Positions 49,891-62,900 of a stretch of 64,000 bases of DNA are shown here, in pieces (position 1 is the first letter of the stretch; each line of letters opens with the position of its first letter). The position numbers and the translations under genes are program-made. The stretch is from Octopus sinensis (Eukaryota). The notes beneath the pieces were generated by a model, which saw only the letters and a program-made list of their open reading frames with translations, searched no databases and had not been told where the DNA came from. The stretch is from contig NC_043003.1 of assembly GCF_006345805.1 (NCBI RefSeq), positions 69,874,001-69,938,000 on the forward strand. Direction: 5' to 3'.

Positions 49891-52547
49891 GCTCACTTAG
49901 AAATAATATGTGTAGAAGATGGATGGGCAGGGTATTAAGAAACTAACTGGACACCTCTATCGTAGCTATCTCTTTTATAGATGGCGGACAGATCATATTT
50001 CCTGTGAAATCTGTGAATTATTAAGTTTCCATGGCTTTATTGGTTCTCATCAATAGGTTGATTTCATTTTTGTTTAATTTAGCAATTTAATTATTTTCAG
50101 AATGCTGCACTCCACCTTAGCTTGAATTAATTCATATATTTGGATCTTCATTAATTCAATATTCATTATTTGAAACTTAATGTTGCTTTGATCAAATTAG
50201 TTTCTTCTTTTGTATTACTAATGTGGTTAATAGGCCTTTTATGTAAACATTTTGTGTGGAAACCCACTGACAGGGTTGCTAGATTGATTGGGTTACAAGT
50301 AACAAATTGTGTTACTTGTCACGATTGCACATTGTCATTTTGTCTTTTAATTATAATTCACTTGCTACTTGGATATTTTGAAAGAATGAGTTTTATTGAA
50401 TAGCATATCAAATTATCAACTATGTAAAGTAGAATAGTTTTATGGAGGCAGTGTTGTTGAGAAGATGGCTCCCCAATCATGTGGCCTCAGGTTCAATCCC
50501 AGTGCATGGCATCTACTATGTAGCCCTAGGCCAACCAAATCCTTGCAAGTGAATTTGGTAAATGGAAACTGGAAGAAGCTTCTGTGTGTGGGTGTATACA
50601 CACACACCCATCCCATCATGGAAAATGGATATTGAGAGATAGAGAGGGATGGATGAATGTGTATATCTGTGTTTGTCTGTCCCCTCTACCATTTGGCAAC
50701 CAGTGTTGGTTTGTTTATGTCCCTGTAACTTAGCAGTGGTTGGCTAAAGACACTGATAGAATAAGTACCAGATTTTAGAGAGTAATTATGGGAATCGATT
50801 TGTTTAGCTAAACTTTTGAAGTTGGTACTTCAGTATGACTGCAGTCTAATGGCTAAAGCAAAAGATATATACATATTAGTGTCCCCACCAGTGTTGGTGC
50901 CCTGTAAAAAGTACCTAATACACACTGTAAAGTGGTTGGCATTAGGAAGTACATCCAGCTGTAGAAAGCAGACACTGGAGCCTGGTGGAGTTCTATGGCT
51001 TGTCAGTTCCTGTCAAACTGTTCAACCCTCCCATATCGTCATGGAAGATGGACATTAAATGATAATGATAAAGGAAAATTTTCAATTTGGATTTTTTTTA
51101 ACAGAATCTCTTACTTTTTTGAAAATGTTGTTGCTTTTATTTTATGGAAAGTGATTTGGCCACCCCAGTCACAAATGATTGAAAATATATGTTAATCCTA
51201 ATCCTGTTCACATGCTCTCATCATTAGCCAGAGTTTTAACATAGAAAACTATTTTTTTAAGTAGTGTCTATGTTTACTTACACACAGTGGATTACATCAT
51301 ATACTGTGTTTGTGATATATAATTAATCCAGATACTGCTCTCATACCTGACCAGGTTAAGAATTTCAAACAACAGGTGTCTTGAAGTCATAATTAGTGAA
51401 TCTGTTGTCATAACAACATTTATGGCAGTGGAATCTTGTTCTGTTTCTAAGTCAATTACACCATTCTCCCAGATCTCCAGTTAATACAAGGTTAGTTATC
51501 GTATTCTGTCAGTTAATTCCAGCACTTTATGAAGAAGTATTTGATTGATTAATTTCTATTCCATATTCACTAGAATTAATTTAGTTACTTGTCTGATTCA
51601 CTTTGAACTCTAAATTTTCAAAAACATCCTAATCTAAATTTCTTTTATTTAATATTGTTGCTGGCTCATCTCATTTTTCATTTTTTTTTGTCTCATTACT
51701 TTATTAATCATAATTCTTATTTTTTTCTTTCAATTCTGTTTGTCTCTCCTTCTCCCTGTCTCTGTCTCTCTCTGGTTGTATTGGCAGTCAGTGGTGGTGG
51801 GTCTATGATTAAGCACTTCTTGTCAAATGGTCACTGTGTGTTTGTGTTTCCTTGTTTTGATATCACATGTTTGTTGTAAACAAGTGATCTCACCTTACAA
51901 ATAGTTTTTGTTGATTTCCAATCTTACGTGAAGGCATGTCTCAAAATCCTTGTCCTTACTCCTGAACATGACTGTCTTGAGTTCTGAGACTCATAGGAGT
52001 GGGTTACCTGGTTTCCATAGCAAAGAAGTGACTGGGACCACAACATTTCCCCTGAACAGGATGCCAGTCTATTGTGGGATTTCTCATTTTCTACAGCTGA
52101 GTGGACTGGAGCAATGAGAAGTGAAGTGTCTTGCTCAAGAGCACAACATCCTGCCTGGTCCAGGAAGGGTATCTGTCCATAGAAAATTTACTTCAGAGAA
52201 TTCCATCTGACCCATGCAAGCATGGAAAAGTGGACATTAAAACAACAATGATGATATAAGTTTTCAGTTATGAAACATTCGTGTAATGGAGTGCTTCCTC
52301 TATAAGCTGAATTGCTTTAAATAACATTTATTAATCTGATAAAATGGAAATTGGTTGGGTGAATCGGAAGAAGTGTCTTGTATAAATGAGGTGATAAATC
52401 TAATTAAAAGATATAGCAATTATGAATTGATAGGTGCATACATGCTAAATTCACATTTATGCATATGAAGATGCAGAAGAAATGTTTCTCTTTGAGAGGC
52501 TATTATTAAATGCTCGTTATTCTTGGATTATAATGAATTACTAAAAG

Positions 52548-53092
52548 TTAGGTGCTCCTGCGTTGGGCGATGCATAAGGCAGTCAATGTGCTCCAGCAAA
52601 GTTGGTCAGCAGCCATCATCAATGCATTGTGTCATCATAGATTTATCAGCTGAAGGTCCCTGTCAATTGGCTGTCTTGAGACCATTGCCAGTTCATCTTG
52701 GGATGTCTTGGTCTCCTGTGCTGTTGTCCCTGAGGGGTCCACTTAAGGACTTGGTTGGCATGCCTGTCTGTTTGGAACCCATTGACATATCCCAGTCAAC
52801 TCTGCTCTTACAGATGCTGATGGACAATGAATGTTTGTTTGCTCTTCATCTGACATCTTTGTTACTGAGAAAACCATTTCATTTGATGCCTAGTATTTTC
52901 CAAAGGTATCTACTGTCAAAAGCATCCAGTTTGTTTTCTTGGCTGGTTTTCAGATGCCATGTTTGCCAGCCATATAAAAGGGTGGGGAGCCTGTTGGTCT
53001 TGTAGAACTGCATTTTGGTTTTTAGAGAAAATTTCTTGCTTTTCCAGATTTTACTAAACTGGTTGAATGGAGCTGATGGCTTTCTCACTTTT
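52548..53092 (-). mobile_element. RTE LINE 3' fragment
   Basis: FNQFSKIWKSKKFSLKTKMQFYKTNRLPTLLYGWQTW...KLDAFDSRYLWKILGIK ... IDRDLQLINL...WSTLTALCIAQRRST*. Confidence 0.85.
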
Positions 53093-53102
53093 CAAGTATA
53101 TA

Positions 53103-53310
53103 TTTCTTTATTGCCCACAAGAGGCTGAACATAGAGAGGACAGACAAAGGGATTAAGTTGATTACATTGATCCCAGTGCGTAACTGGTACTTAATTTATC
53201 GACCCCGAAAGGATGAAAGGTAAAGTCGACCTCGGCGGAATTTGAACTCAGAACGTAACGGCAGACGAAATACAGTTACGCATGTCGCCCGGTGTGCTAA
53301 CGTTTCTGCC
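53103..53310 (-). mobile_element. SINE family A, young CpG-rich copy
   Basis: High similarity to 5286-5516. Confidence 0.85.
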
Positions 53311-53429
53311 CAGCACCAAGAAGATGCAAAACATGCTGGGGGACACACTCTACCATCTGAAATAGACTTTGACCAGAGAGAAGTAGAGGCTAGCCCATCT
53401 TGGGAGCTCCTTTAGCGACAATAGAGGCA

Positions 53430-53640
53430 TGAGATCTTATATGACTTGCAGGTCTGGTTTTTCACATCTTCAGGTAGAAAAATGTCTATGGTTGAAGTCA
53501 AGTCCTCTTTACAAAGTGACTGATTCTAGATGGAGTGCTTAATTCTCTGTATTTCGAATTCTATACAACCATTGTAGATCACTTCTTTCCAAACTGATCA
53601 ATTTCCCATCATCTGCTCCCAATTTTCAACAGCCACACCA
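53430..53640 (-). mobile_element. RTE (BovB-like) 3' fragment
   Basis: ALGVAVENWEQMMGN*SVWKEVIYNGCIEFEIQRI. Confidence 0.55.
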
Positions 53641-55611
53641 AGAGCCTTATGTATGTATGTATGTCCATCTGTATCTACTGCCACTGCTTGACCATCAATT
53701 TTGGTTGGTATGTTCAACTAACACCCTTCGAGGTGGTGCCCCAGCATGGCCGCAGTCCAATGACTAAAACTAGTAAAAGATAAGATAAGTTTTTCGTTCT
53801 TCTTTCATCTTCAGTTATCCAGGACTAGTTTATAATTAGAAACCAAATTAAGTTTCTCCTAATTTCTAGATGTACTCAGCAATAATTTTGATATTTTACT
53901 TGATTTCGCTTATTGTTAATTGTTTTATGAAGACAATACCAGAAACAAAAGAAAAAATTAATTAGAAAAGTAATTTCTTGTATTAATTTATAAATCCTAA
54001 TCCACTCGCAGTTGGAATTATGTCACAGGAATAAAATATTCCATTATTTGTAAGGAACTTTTGAGATTATTTCAAAGATTGTTTCTTCTGTTTCATAAAA
54101 AAGTAAACAAATTTACTTTTTCATGAACAGTAAACTTCTAAAGAGTAGCTAAGTATAGGTTTCCTGTTCCTGAGTAAGAACTGTGACAGGGGAGTGGGGT
54201 GCAGATGTATTTCCTTTTGATGAAGCTCTCTCTCTCTTGTTCTCTTTTGTTCTTTCTAGGCAGTATAAATGTTTGTAATAGGCACAGGCATGGCTGTGTG
54301 GTTAAGAAACTTGCCTCTCAACCACTTGGTTCTGGGTTCAATCCCACCATGTGGCACCTTGGGTAAAGTTCTTCTAGAGTAGTTTAGGGCACCAACCAAA
54401 GCTTTGTGAGTGGATTTAGAAAACAGAAACTGAAAGAAGTCTCTCTGTCATATATATATATATATATATACACACATACACACACAGAGTAATCCTTCTA
54501 CTATTGTGGGCGCTACATTCCAGAACCCCCGTGATAGGTGAAAATACAGTACTGTATATTTTTTTAAATTTTTATAATTTGTGTATATTTATTTTATTAT
54601 AAATACAAAACAACACCATGGAGGAATCCACGTAAGCTTAAATAACAAACCGCAATAGGTGAACCATGACATGGCGAGGGATTATTGTATATATGTATGT
54701 ATGTGTGTTAGGAAGGGTATCCAGCTGTAGAACCCTTGCTAAATCAGATTGGATCCTGGTGCAGCCTCCTGGCTTGCCAGTTCTCTGTCAAACCATCCAA
54801 CCCTTGCTAGCATGGAAAGCGGATGTTACATGATGATGATGGTGATATGCGTCAGTGTCCCTTTGTCTTGATACTGTAGTTTGTTGTAAATGAGTGTCAC
54901 CATCATACAAGCAGTATCTTTCATTTCCAATCTTCCATGAAAACATGTCCGGCCATGAGGAAGAAGTACCTTACTTGGAAACAGGTGAGGCTTGAGACAG
55001 GAAAGGCATCTGCCATAGAAAATCTGCATCAACACATTCTGTCCAACATATGGAAGCATGGAAAAGTACACCTTAAAATGGTAATGATGGTGTTTTAATG
55101 CTCATTACATTAAATATCTTAGCACTGACTTAACTGTTGTTTTTTTTCTTTTGTGGTTGGCGTCTCTGTATATGTATGTATGTGTGTTATTATGAGGTCA
55201 TTAACCTCAGAAAATTGCTTCCCAACTCTGTGGTTTTTGGTTCAGTCCCACTGCACATGGCTCCAAGCTGACCAAAGCCTTGTGAATAGATTTGGGAGCT
55301 GGAAACTGAAAGAAGCCTGTGGTTTGTGTTGCTTTTGTGAGTTTCCTTGTCTTGATGACATGTGATAGTTGTAAATGAGCATCACTGTCATACAAGCCGT
55401 GTTGTTCTTTCCAGTCTTCCATGAAATCATGTCTGGCCATGGGGGAATGTTACTTTGCTTGGAAGCAGTGGAGGATTGGTAAAAGGAAAAGCATCCAGCC
55501 ATAGAAAACTTTCTTCAGCAAATTCCATCTAACGCATGCAAGTATGGAAAAGTGGATGTTAAATGATAATGGTGATATATAGTGTATGTACATTTTGCAT
55601 CCTTCCTGAAG

Positions 55612-55966
55612 ATCATCATCATCATCATCATTTAGCGTCCGTTCTCCATGCTAGCATGGGTTGGACGGTTCAACTGGGGTCTGTGAAGCTGGAAGGCTTC
55701 ATCAGGCCCAGTCAGATCTGGCAGTGTTTCTACGGCTGGATGCCCTTCCTAACGCCAACCACTCCGTGAGTGTAGTGGGTGCTTTTTACGTGCCACCTGC
55801 ACAGGTGCCAGACAGAGCTGGCAAACGGCCACGAACGGATGGTGCTTTTACGTGTCACCGGCACGGGGCCAGGCGAGGCTGGCAACGGTCACGAACGGAT
55901 GGTGCTTTTACGTGCCACCAACACGGGGGCCAGACAGAGCTGGCAAACGGCCACGAACGGATGGTG
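55612..55966 (-). mobile_element. RTE-tail retroposon with three ~60-bp tandem units
   Basis: (CAT)n, ggatgcccttcctaacgccaaccac, then units ggtgctttttacgtg(c/t)cacc..cac..ggcca.ac...gctggcaa.cgg.cacgaacggat. Many shorter copies (e.g. 2215-2415, 18286-18905, 21348-21812, 22900-23245, 45470-45900). Confidence 0.75.
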
Positions 55967-56123
55967 AGAGTATAATTTCAAGGAGAATTTGCTGCTATTT
56001 CTAGCAGGTAAGGAACTTCATCGAGGCTTCTTTATTGGCTAATGGTCCAATAGAGCAGAGTACAGTGATGTTTACCAAAATGAATGAGATTGTTATGCCC
56101 AAGTATCAAAATGGGGAAAAAAT

Positions 56124-56489
56124 GGGAGTGGCTATGTGGTAAGTAACTTGCTCACCAACCACATGCTTCCAAGTTCAGTCCCACTGCATGGCACCTTGGT
56201 CGTTTTCTACGAGAGCCTTGGGCTGACCAAAGCCGTGTGAATGGATTTGGTAAATGGAAATTGAAAGAAGCCTGTTGTATATATATGTAGGTGTGTCTGT
56301 GTTTGTCCTCCCCACTATTACTTCACAACTGATGGTGGTGTGTTTACGTCCCCCATAACTTAGCAGTTCGGCAAAAGACTGATAGAATAAGTACTAGGCT
56401 TACAAAGAATAAGTCCTGGGATCGATTTCTTCGACTAAAGGCAGTGCTCCAGCATGGCCACAGTCAAATGACTGAAACAAATAAAAGAA
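56124..56489 (+). mobile_element. SINE family B full-length copy
   Basis: A/B-box-like head, gtggcaccttgg core, CR1-type tail ending aaataaaagaa. Confidence 0.88.
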
Positions 56490-59400
56490 CTTCAATTATT
56501 AAATCAGTCACCCTCTCAACATTCGATCTGATTTAATTTAATAAATTTGATTCATTTTGCATTTGAAGATTAGAAAATTGGGTTTAGTTTAAGTTGTTAA
56601 ACATTGATAATGGAACCAAGAATGTTTGAGAATATCCACTGAAATATTGGTTAGCTGGCGTATAATTGAATACAATGATGTAGTAATTAGGAAACTTCAA
56701 TTTAACGAATACCTCAGTGATAGAATCTTTATATCAAATTTACTGTTACATATCTAGTACGTGCATGACATTCAGCTTTTTAAAGCATGTTAAGTATTGA
56801 TTTTATTCTCAGTTTGGCAGGTTTCTAGGTAGCTAGTACAGAAAAAGAAAAAAATAAATTATTTCATTTTCTGCACAAAAAAGAAATAAAGAATAATGTT
56901 TGACAAAATATTTCGTGTATTCTCATATTTTTCCTCTAGTCACTTGATCTATTTTATTTCCTCAACAATCCATAAAGATTTTAATTTGCCATGCCCATCC
57001 CTGTTGTCAAGTTGTTATGATATCTTCTTGGTAAACATTCCTCAGACTTTAAATATTTCTTTTCTCTTACTGCTTGATTCTCTCTCTACAATTCATAATG
57101 ATGTTTCAGTCATAAAATCTCACCACTTTCCCTGAACTGTTGCTGTTATGTATTTATTATGACTTGAGCAAATTTCAAAATTGCTGTCTGTTACAGCAAT
57201 GTATGGAACACTTCTAACAAAAGGCTTTTACTCAGCCTAAGTAGAATTACTATAATTCCTTATTTGCATAAATTAGTTGGGGTAAAAGAGATAAGACCAT
57301 TTTAGATCCAACAGGACTAATGAGGCTGCATGGCCTAGTGATTAGGGTGTTGTACTCACGATCGCAATATCATGGTTTCAATTCCCAGTCTAAGCAGTGG
57401 ATTGTATTCTTGAGCAAAACACTTCATTTTACATTGTTCCTGTCCACTCAGCTGTAAATGAGTAATCCTGGCTTCAGAGACCAGTGTCCTATTCAAGGAG
57501 AATGTTGGGATTCCAGTCACTCATATAGCATGGAAACTGGGTAACCAGCTCTATGGGTCCTAGGGTTCAAGACAGTAATGTCTATAGTTTTGATGCTGAT
57601 AATTATGACTGGTGTGAGTGATGTGGTTGACATCCAGGTTGAACATTCAAAGGAAAAATATGGTTTGAACACTTCCAACAATGTGAATTTCCACTAAAAG
57701 GTATCCAGAGACCAAGTAACAGTATTAAAACTGGTGGTGTGTTAGGAAAGCTGATCACTTCGATAAGCTAATGCAGTTGCATGTTTGATGGAGATGTGTT
57801 CCTAATGCTTAATGATTCACTGGCACACACTCTGTTAAGTGGTTGGCATTAGGAAAGGTGTCCATCTGCAGGAACCATGACAGAACAGACAGTGGGGCTT
57901 GGTGCAGTCCTCTGGCTTGTCAGCCCCCTTTTAAACTGTCCAATCCATGCCAACATGGGAAATGGACGTTAAATGGTGGTGACAATTATAATGGATTTGT
58001 TTGATTACCATTGAAGATTGTCGAGTATATTTGTTGGCAATTTTGTCTAGTGGAGCCCACGCAGCTGGTTATCATTAGAGGAACAAGAAATGACATGAAA
58101 TGCCTTGATTGGGTATTTAACCTATATCGTGTACTTTACTAATTGCTGACTTAATATTATTCTTTAGTATTTACACCACTGAATGGCATATATAGTGTTT
58201 TGTGTAAAGAAATTGCTATGTAGGACATTTAAATGTCTACAAAAGTAGTATCAGTCAATATAGATGATTGAATATTGTATATTGATTACATGGAGAAACA
58301 TGTATTGCTGAGGCTAAGTAAGATTGAGAACAGTTGTCTTGCATATGTTGTTAATCACAGACATTGTGCATATGTATTCATACACAAATATGGAGCAACA
58401 GATCCAAAGCAATCTGTATAATAGGTAATCTTTTGCAGCTGGTTAGCCATGCCCTATTCTCTTCCCTCCCTCCTACAAGAAACTTTTATTCTATTCTTCT
58501 GAAATTGCCATTTCACTTTTACCAATACCCAATGCACTTAACGTCCCCTCGCCCACCACCACCACCATCTTAACACATCCATTGCATCGCATCTCTTCAC
58601 TACCTAGATCTAATATTACATTCATTTTACTGTCTTGATCAAAATTTCCTATATCTGGATCTCTCTGTCCTTGTTTTCTTCTCAGCAGTTCAAATATTTT
58701 AACCCAGTTATCACTAACCCATCGGCTTAAGAGGGTCCTGAAAGGTCAATAGTACAAATTCTCTTTCTCATAAAGGGTTAATGAAACCATATTGCTCTTT
58801 ATCCATTCTCTACAACTGAAAGATAGTGCTTCACAGCTTCCTCTTTTAAGTCAAATTTATATTTAGTCTTTTCTCTCTCCTGGGGGTATAATAACTGACA
58901 AATAGAAAAGACAGTGATTCTTAAATAAAGAGGTACTGCTTGCAATGACCTATCACAAGCAAGCATTCACAGCAGATATCATTTGGCTTTTCAGGTTTAG
59001 TTTACTTGCAGTAAACTAATCTTAATCTTAGTGAAGCATAGAATATTCCCATGCCGGAGCATTTATAGAAATATAAAAAATAAACATAAAATATGCCCAT
59101 GTTGGAGCATTAACAGATAATATAAAAAAAAAGAATTTTTATTTTATTTTATTTTATTTTATTTATTTTTTGTATGTCATAGTATGCAAGAAATGAAGTA
59201 TCTGTGACTTCCATGGGATGTGTGAGATCAATACAGAGATCAGCCAAATCAATAGAGAATCAATGAGCAAGGAGGTCCGCACATCCAGTGAAATGCTTAG
59301 CAGCATTTCTTCCAGATCTTTACAGTCTGAATGAAATTCTTGCTTGAAGTCAGCTATGCTTTTCATCCCTTTGGGGTCGATAAAATAAAGTACCAGTCAT

Positions 59401-59613
59401 ATACTGTGGTCTATGTAATCGACTTCTCCTCTTGAAATTTCTGGTCTTGAACCCTGCAATAGTCCAGCATTCCATTTAGGATAATGTTGTGATTGCTGTC
59501 ACGAATACATCCTGGAAACAAGGTAACCAGCTTTATGAGTTCTAGGACTCAAGAAAAAAAGGAAAACAATCTAAAGCTCCTGTGATGTTTATGGTGACAT
59601 GTTTATTGAAGTA

Positions 59614-59998
59614 CTCTTTACTCTTTTACTTGTTTCAGTCATGTGACTGTGGCCATGCTGGAGCACCGCCTTTAGTCGAGCAAATTGACCCCAGGACTTA
59701 TTCTTTGTAAGCCTAGTACTTGTTCTGTCGGTCTCTTGCCAAACTTCTAAGTTATGGGAACGTAAACACACCAGCATCGGTTGTCAAGCAATGTTGGGGG
59801 GATAAACACAGACACACAAACATATACACACGCACATACATACATATATATATATATACACATATATACAACGGGCTTCTTTCAGTTTCTGTCTACCAAA
59901 TCCACTCACAAGGCTTTGGTTGGCCCGAGGCTATAGTAGAAGACACTTGCCCAAGACAGTGGTTCGTAAGCAAGCTATTTACCACACAGCCACTCCTA
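59614..59998 (-). mobile_element. SINE family B full-length copy
   Basis: High similarity to 1788-2157. Confidence 0.88.
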
Positions 59999-60186
59999 TG
60001 TCCATTTTATTTCAAGTCAATATTGAAATGCACTTTGAACTTCTTAAATGGTTGTTTGATCAAATGTGGCTATCAGTTACGTACATGGTGTGTATTTTAG
60101 CAGTGGGGATATTATATACTCCACTACAGATCCTTGTCATGTTGGTTGTGTTGTTGTTATTGTTGTTACACCTTGATCACATTAGA

Positions 60187-61564
60187 TTAACCTGTTAGTG
60201 TTCAGATTAATTTGTCAAATCTAATGCTTATTTGTTTCTGTTATTTTGAATTATTCAGGTTCAAAAGGTGTATTCACAATATTTGCTTGTAACTTTAATT
60301 TTTTACATACAATTTTGAAATTTTGTCTGTGGGTTCTTATATGCCAGTTGATTATAGTTATGTAATTTTAGCTGGTCTAACTGATTAAATTTAACTTTTA
60401 TGGGCAGGTAAATTTAATTAACAGGTGTAAAAGCAATAACATTATGGATAAACGCTAAAATTGAAATTCTTAATGCATCTTACCTGTTTGATCCGTTACT
60501 TAAATTATTCCAGATGTCAACCACCCACAATTTTTCCACTTTTCAAGATGAGGTGCATTAATTTAAATTAATTAAAATACAGGTATAATCGGTACAAGAT
60601 GTTATTCTTTCTTATTTTCACTGAAAATAAAGTACAAAACTCTTTTACTAGTCAATATACCATTGGCTATGTACTCTTAATGAATACATTTACATAACAG
60701 AATGCATCTAATAAAAAAACCTCATTAACAGGTGAGGCAAACGTGAATACAGGTGTGTGAGATGCTGAAAACTAATTTGTATTTCACTCTTTCACATATT
60801 ATTTGTAATAAAATGAAAGGAATATATTACTATCAAACAACAAAATATAGTTATGCCATATTTCTGTCGTGAAACTGTCCAAAGTATCCTTTACACAAGG
60901 GTACTTTGCAAAACGAACACATATATGAGGTCTTGACTTGATATCTTTTTGCAGCGAACACAGTCTGCAAACTTTTTTCTTTCCATTTATTTTTTCCACA
61001 TTATGGAAGTCAATATTTTCTCTGTTGACATCCACCTCAGTTAATTTTGTATTTCTCAATTAGTCTTTTCAGTGAAATCAGGAATTCTGTTTGATGTAGT
61101 AATCTTCAACCATGTTGCCGTAATGTTTTCTATATCATTTTCATTACTTTCATTATCAAACTCTTTCTTGTCTAACAAAGATTCATAAAAGCCAATATGA
61201 TTCGTCCAATTCATAAATGCCAATATAATTTGTTTATATTTTGTACATCAACAAGAGTAAAACCTTCAAAGTCACAATTACTACTTGCTGACGGCATATT
61301 GTTAAAAACTAAGATATATACTTCTCTTCAAACGTTGAAAAAAAAACCCAAGAAATTTCAAAACTTTCACCATATTTTTACTTGAATTTAAGGTGGGAAA
61401 GGTTTTATCTCACATCATCTGAAAGCTACAAGAATTCAGTAATGTGATTTATTTTTTTAGCAATTTCATAGAGAAATCAAATATGGCTAGATTTGACTGG
61501 TCCAAACAAATAAAAGGGAATAATTTCCAGCCTGTTATGGCTGGTCTAAACACTAAAGGGTTAA
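60187..61564 (-). mobile_element. piggyBac-like non-autonomous element retaining a Cys-rich C-terminal remnant
   Basis: TTAA at both ends; imperfect TIR ttaacctgttagtgttcaga / tctaaacactaaagggttaa. Track ORF 60799..61059 contains HNVEKINGKKKVCRLCSLQK...C...PC, resembling the piggyBac Cys-rich domain. Confidence 0.6.
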
Positions 61565-62509
61565 GGAATTCGTTGAAACATTGAAATCTTGGCACTGCAA
61601 TTCTAAGCATTTTCACATTCTCCTTGAGCTATAGAGAAGTGTGCAAAAGGAGACTCAGTCACTGCTTAGTACACTTTGAAATGGAGTCATGGGTAGACAT
61701 AGCATGAGAATGTTTTATGTTGGAAAGATGCCTTGGAGAAAGTGATGCAAAAAAAAATGAAGGACAATTGAACTGAACTTTGAGTGCTAAACTGGCAAAA
61801 ATGGAAGTTATCAAATTGACTCTAAATGATGACTTGCAATGAAGATTTCTCCTGCACAGTTATTGTGTGCAATGTGTCAGCATAATGAGGTGAAAGGAGT
61901 AGGGAGAGGCAAGGGGGATAAAAGGAAAGGAAGAAATTTCCATAATTGTAAAAGATGGATGGAAGTTGATGATAATAGGATCATAAAGACCACAGGTGAT
62001 GAACCAAGGAAAGAGCCTCTCTGTGGTTGTTCAAGATTCTAGAAATAGCAGTGAAATTTCCCTCAAATCTAGGACGAATATTTTTGGTAATGCAGTTCTT
62101 GCTACATGGTTTTTAAAAGTAAATGACCGGATAATAATGGATGGAATATCTCTGATCATAAATCTACTTGACCTTGATATAATGGAAAATAGTCTGTGAA
62201 GCATTTGTGTTTTTAACCTAAGTTGACTAAAAACACAAAGGCTTCTCAATCCATTTCCCATTTGTTCAAACCTTCAAGTCTCCTCTATTGCTTTCTTAAT
62301 GTTATTCCTTATATCTATCATATTTGTTCCTTTCATTGTCTGCCCATTTGGCTCTACTGGAATATTACCAATTGTGTTTGTTTTATCCCTTTTAATTGTT
62401 GTATCACTTTACAGAAGCATTTAGCAATGTATTGTATTTAAATTACAATTTCTACCTTTCCCCTCTCGAATTTCATTTCATAATGGTTTTGTATAACGTC
62501 CTTTGTAAA

Positions 62510-62900
62510 ACCAAACAAACGGTAATATCTTAGACCAGTTCATTGGTAAAGGTTCGCTGTTACAGATTTACTTTATTATGCACTACTATATTACTGTCAG
62601 AGTGTCTTCTTAAGCAGTACTTTGAACGAATTATGATCATCAAATTCTTAAAGTAAATATAACTTCAGACAGTCTATCCAAGTAGCAAGCCCTCACTCAC
62701 TAGCAATCTTTTATCTATAATTTGTTCTCTCATCTCTGCCTTCTACCTATTATGTATTTGTTTTAATGGCTTTTTATCTGGCTTGAATAAAAGATCAAAA
62801 GTCATTGTATTCCGTTTTTTTTTTATTACCTGTCTTGCTTTTTAGGTCTTGTGCCGAGCAATATTCATTTTCCTAAATATATCTTACTCTAGAACTCCTA
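62510..62900 (-). mobile_element. Highly decayed RTE-like RT fragment
   Basis: Frameshifted pieces EYN...FI...KA, LYLL*EFDDHNSFKVLLKKTL, SEP...TGLR. Confidence 0.35.

Noticed and set aside
59163-59366. 67-aa minus-strand ORF MKSIADFKQEF... that looks protein-like
   Set aside because: Its N-terminal half is the antisense of a degenerate SINE-A head.
62845-62862. GLVPSN after a good acceptor (SH3-like C-terminus)
   Set aside because: Lacks the following F/Y, the frame closes after 15 codons, and it overlaps a decayed minus-strand RTE remnant.
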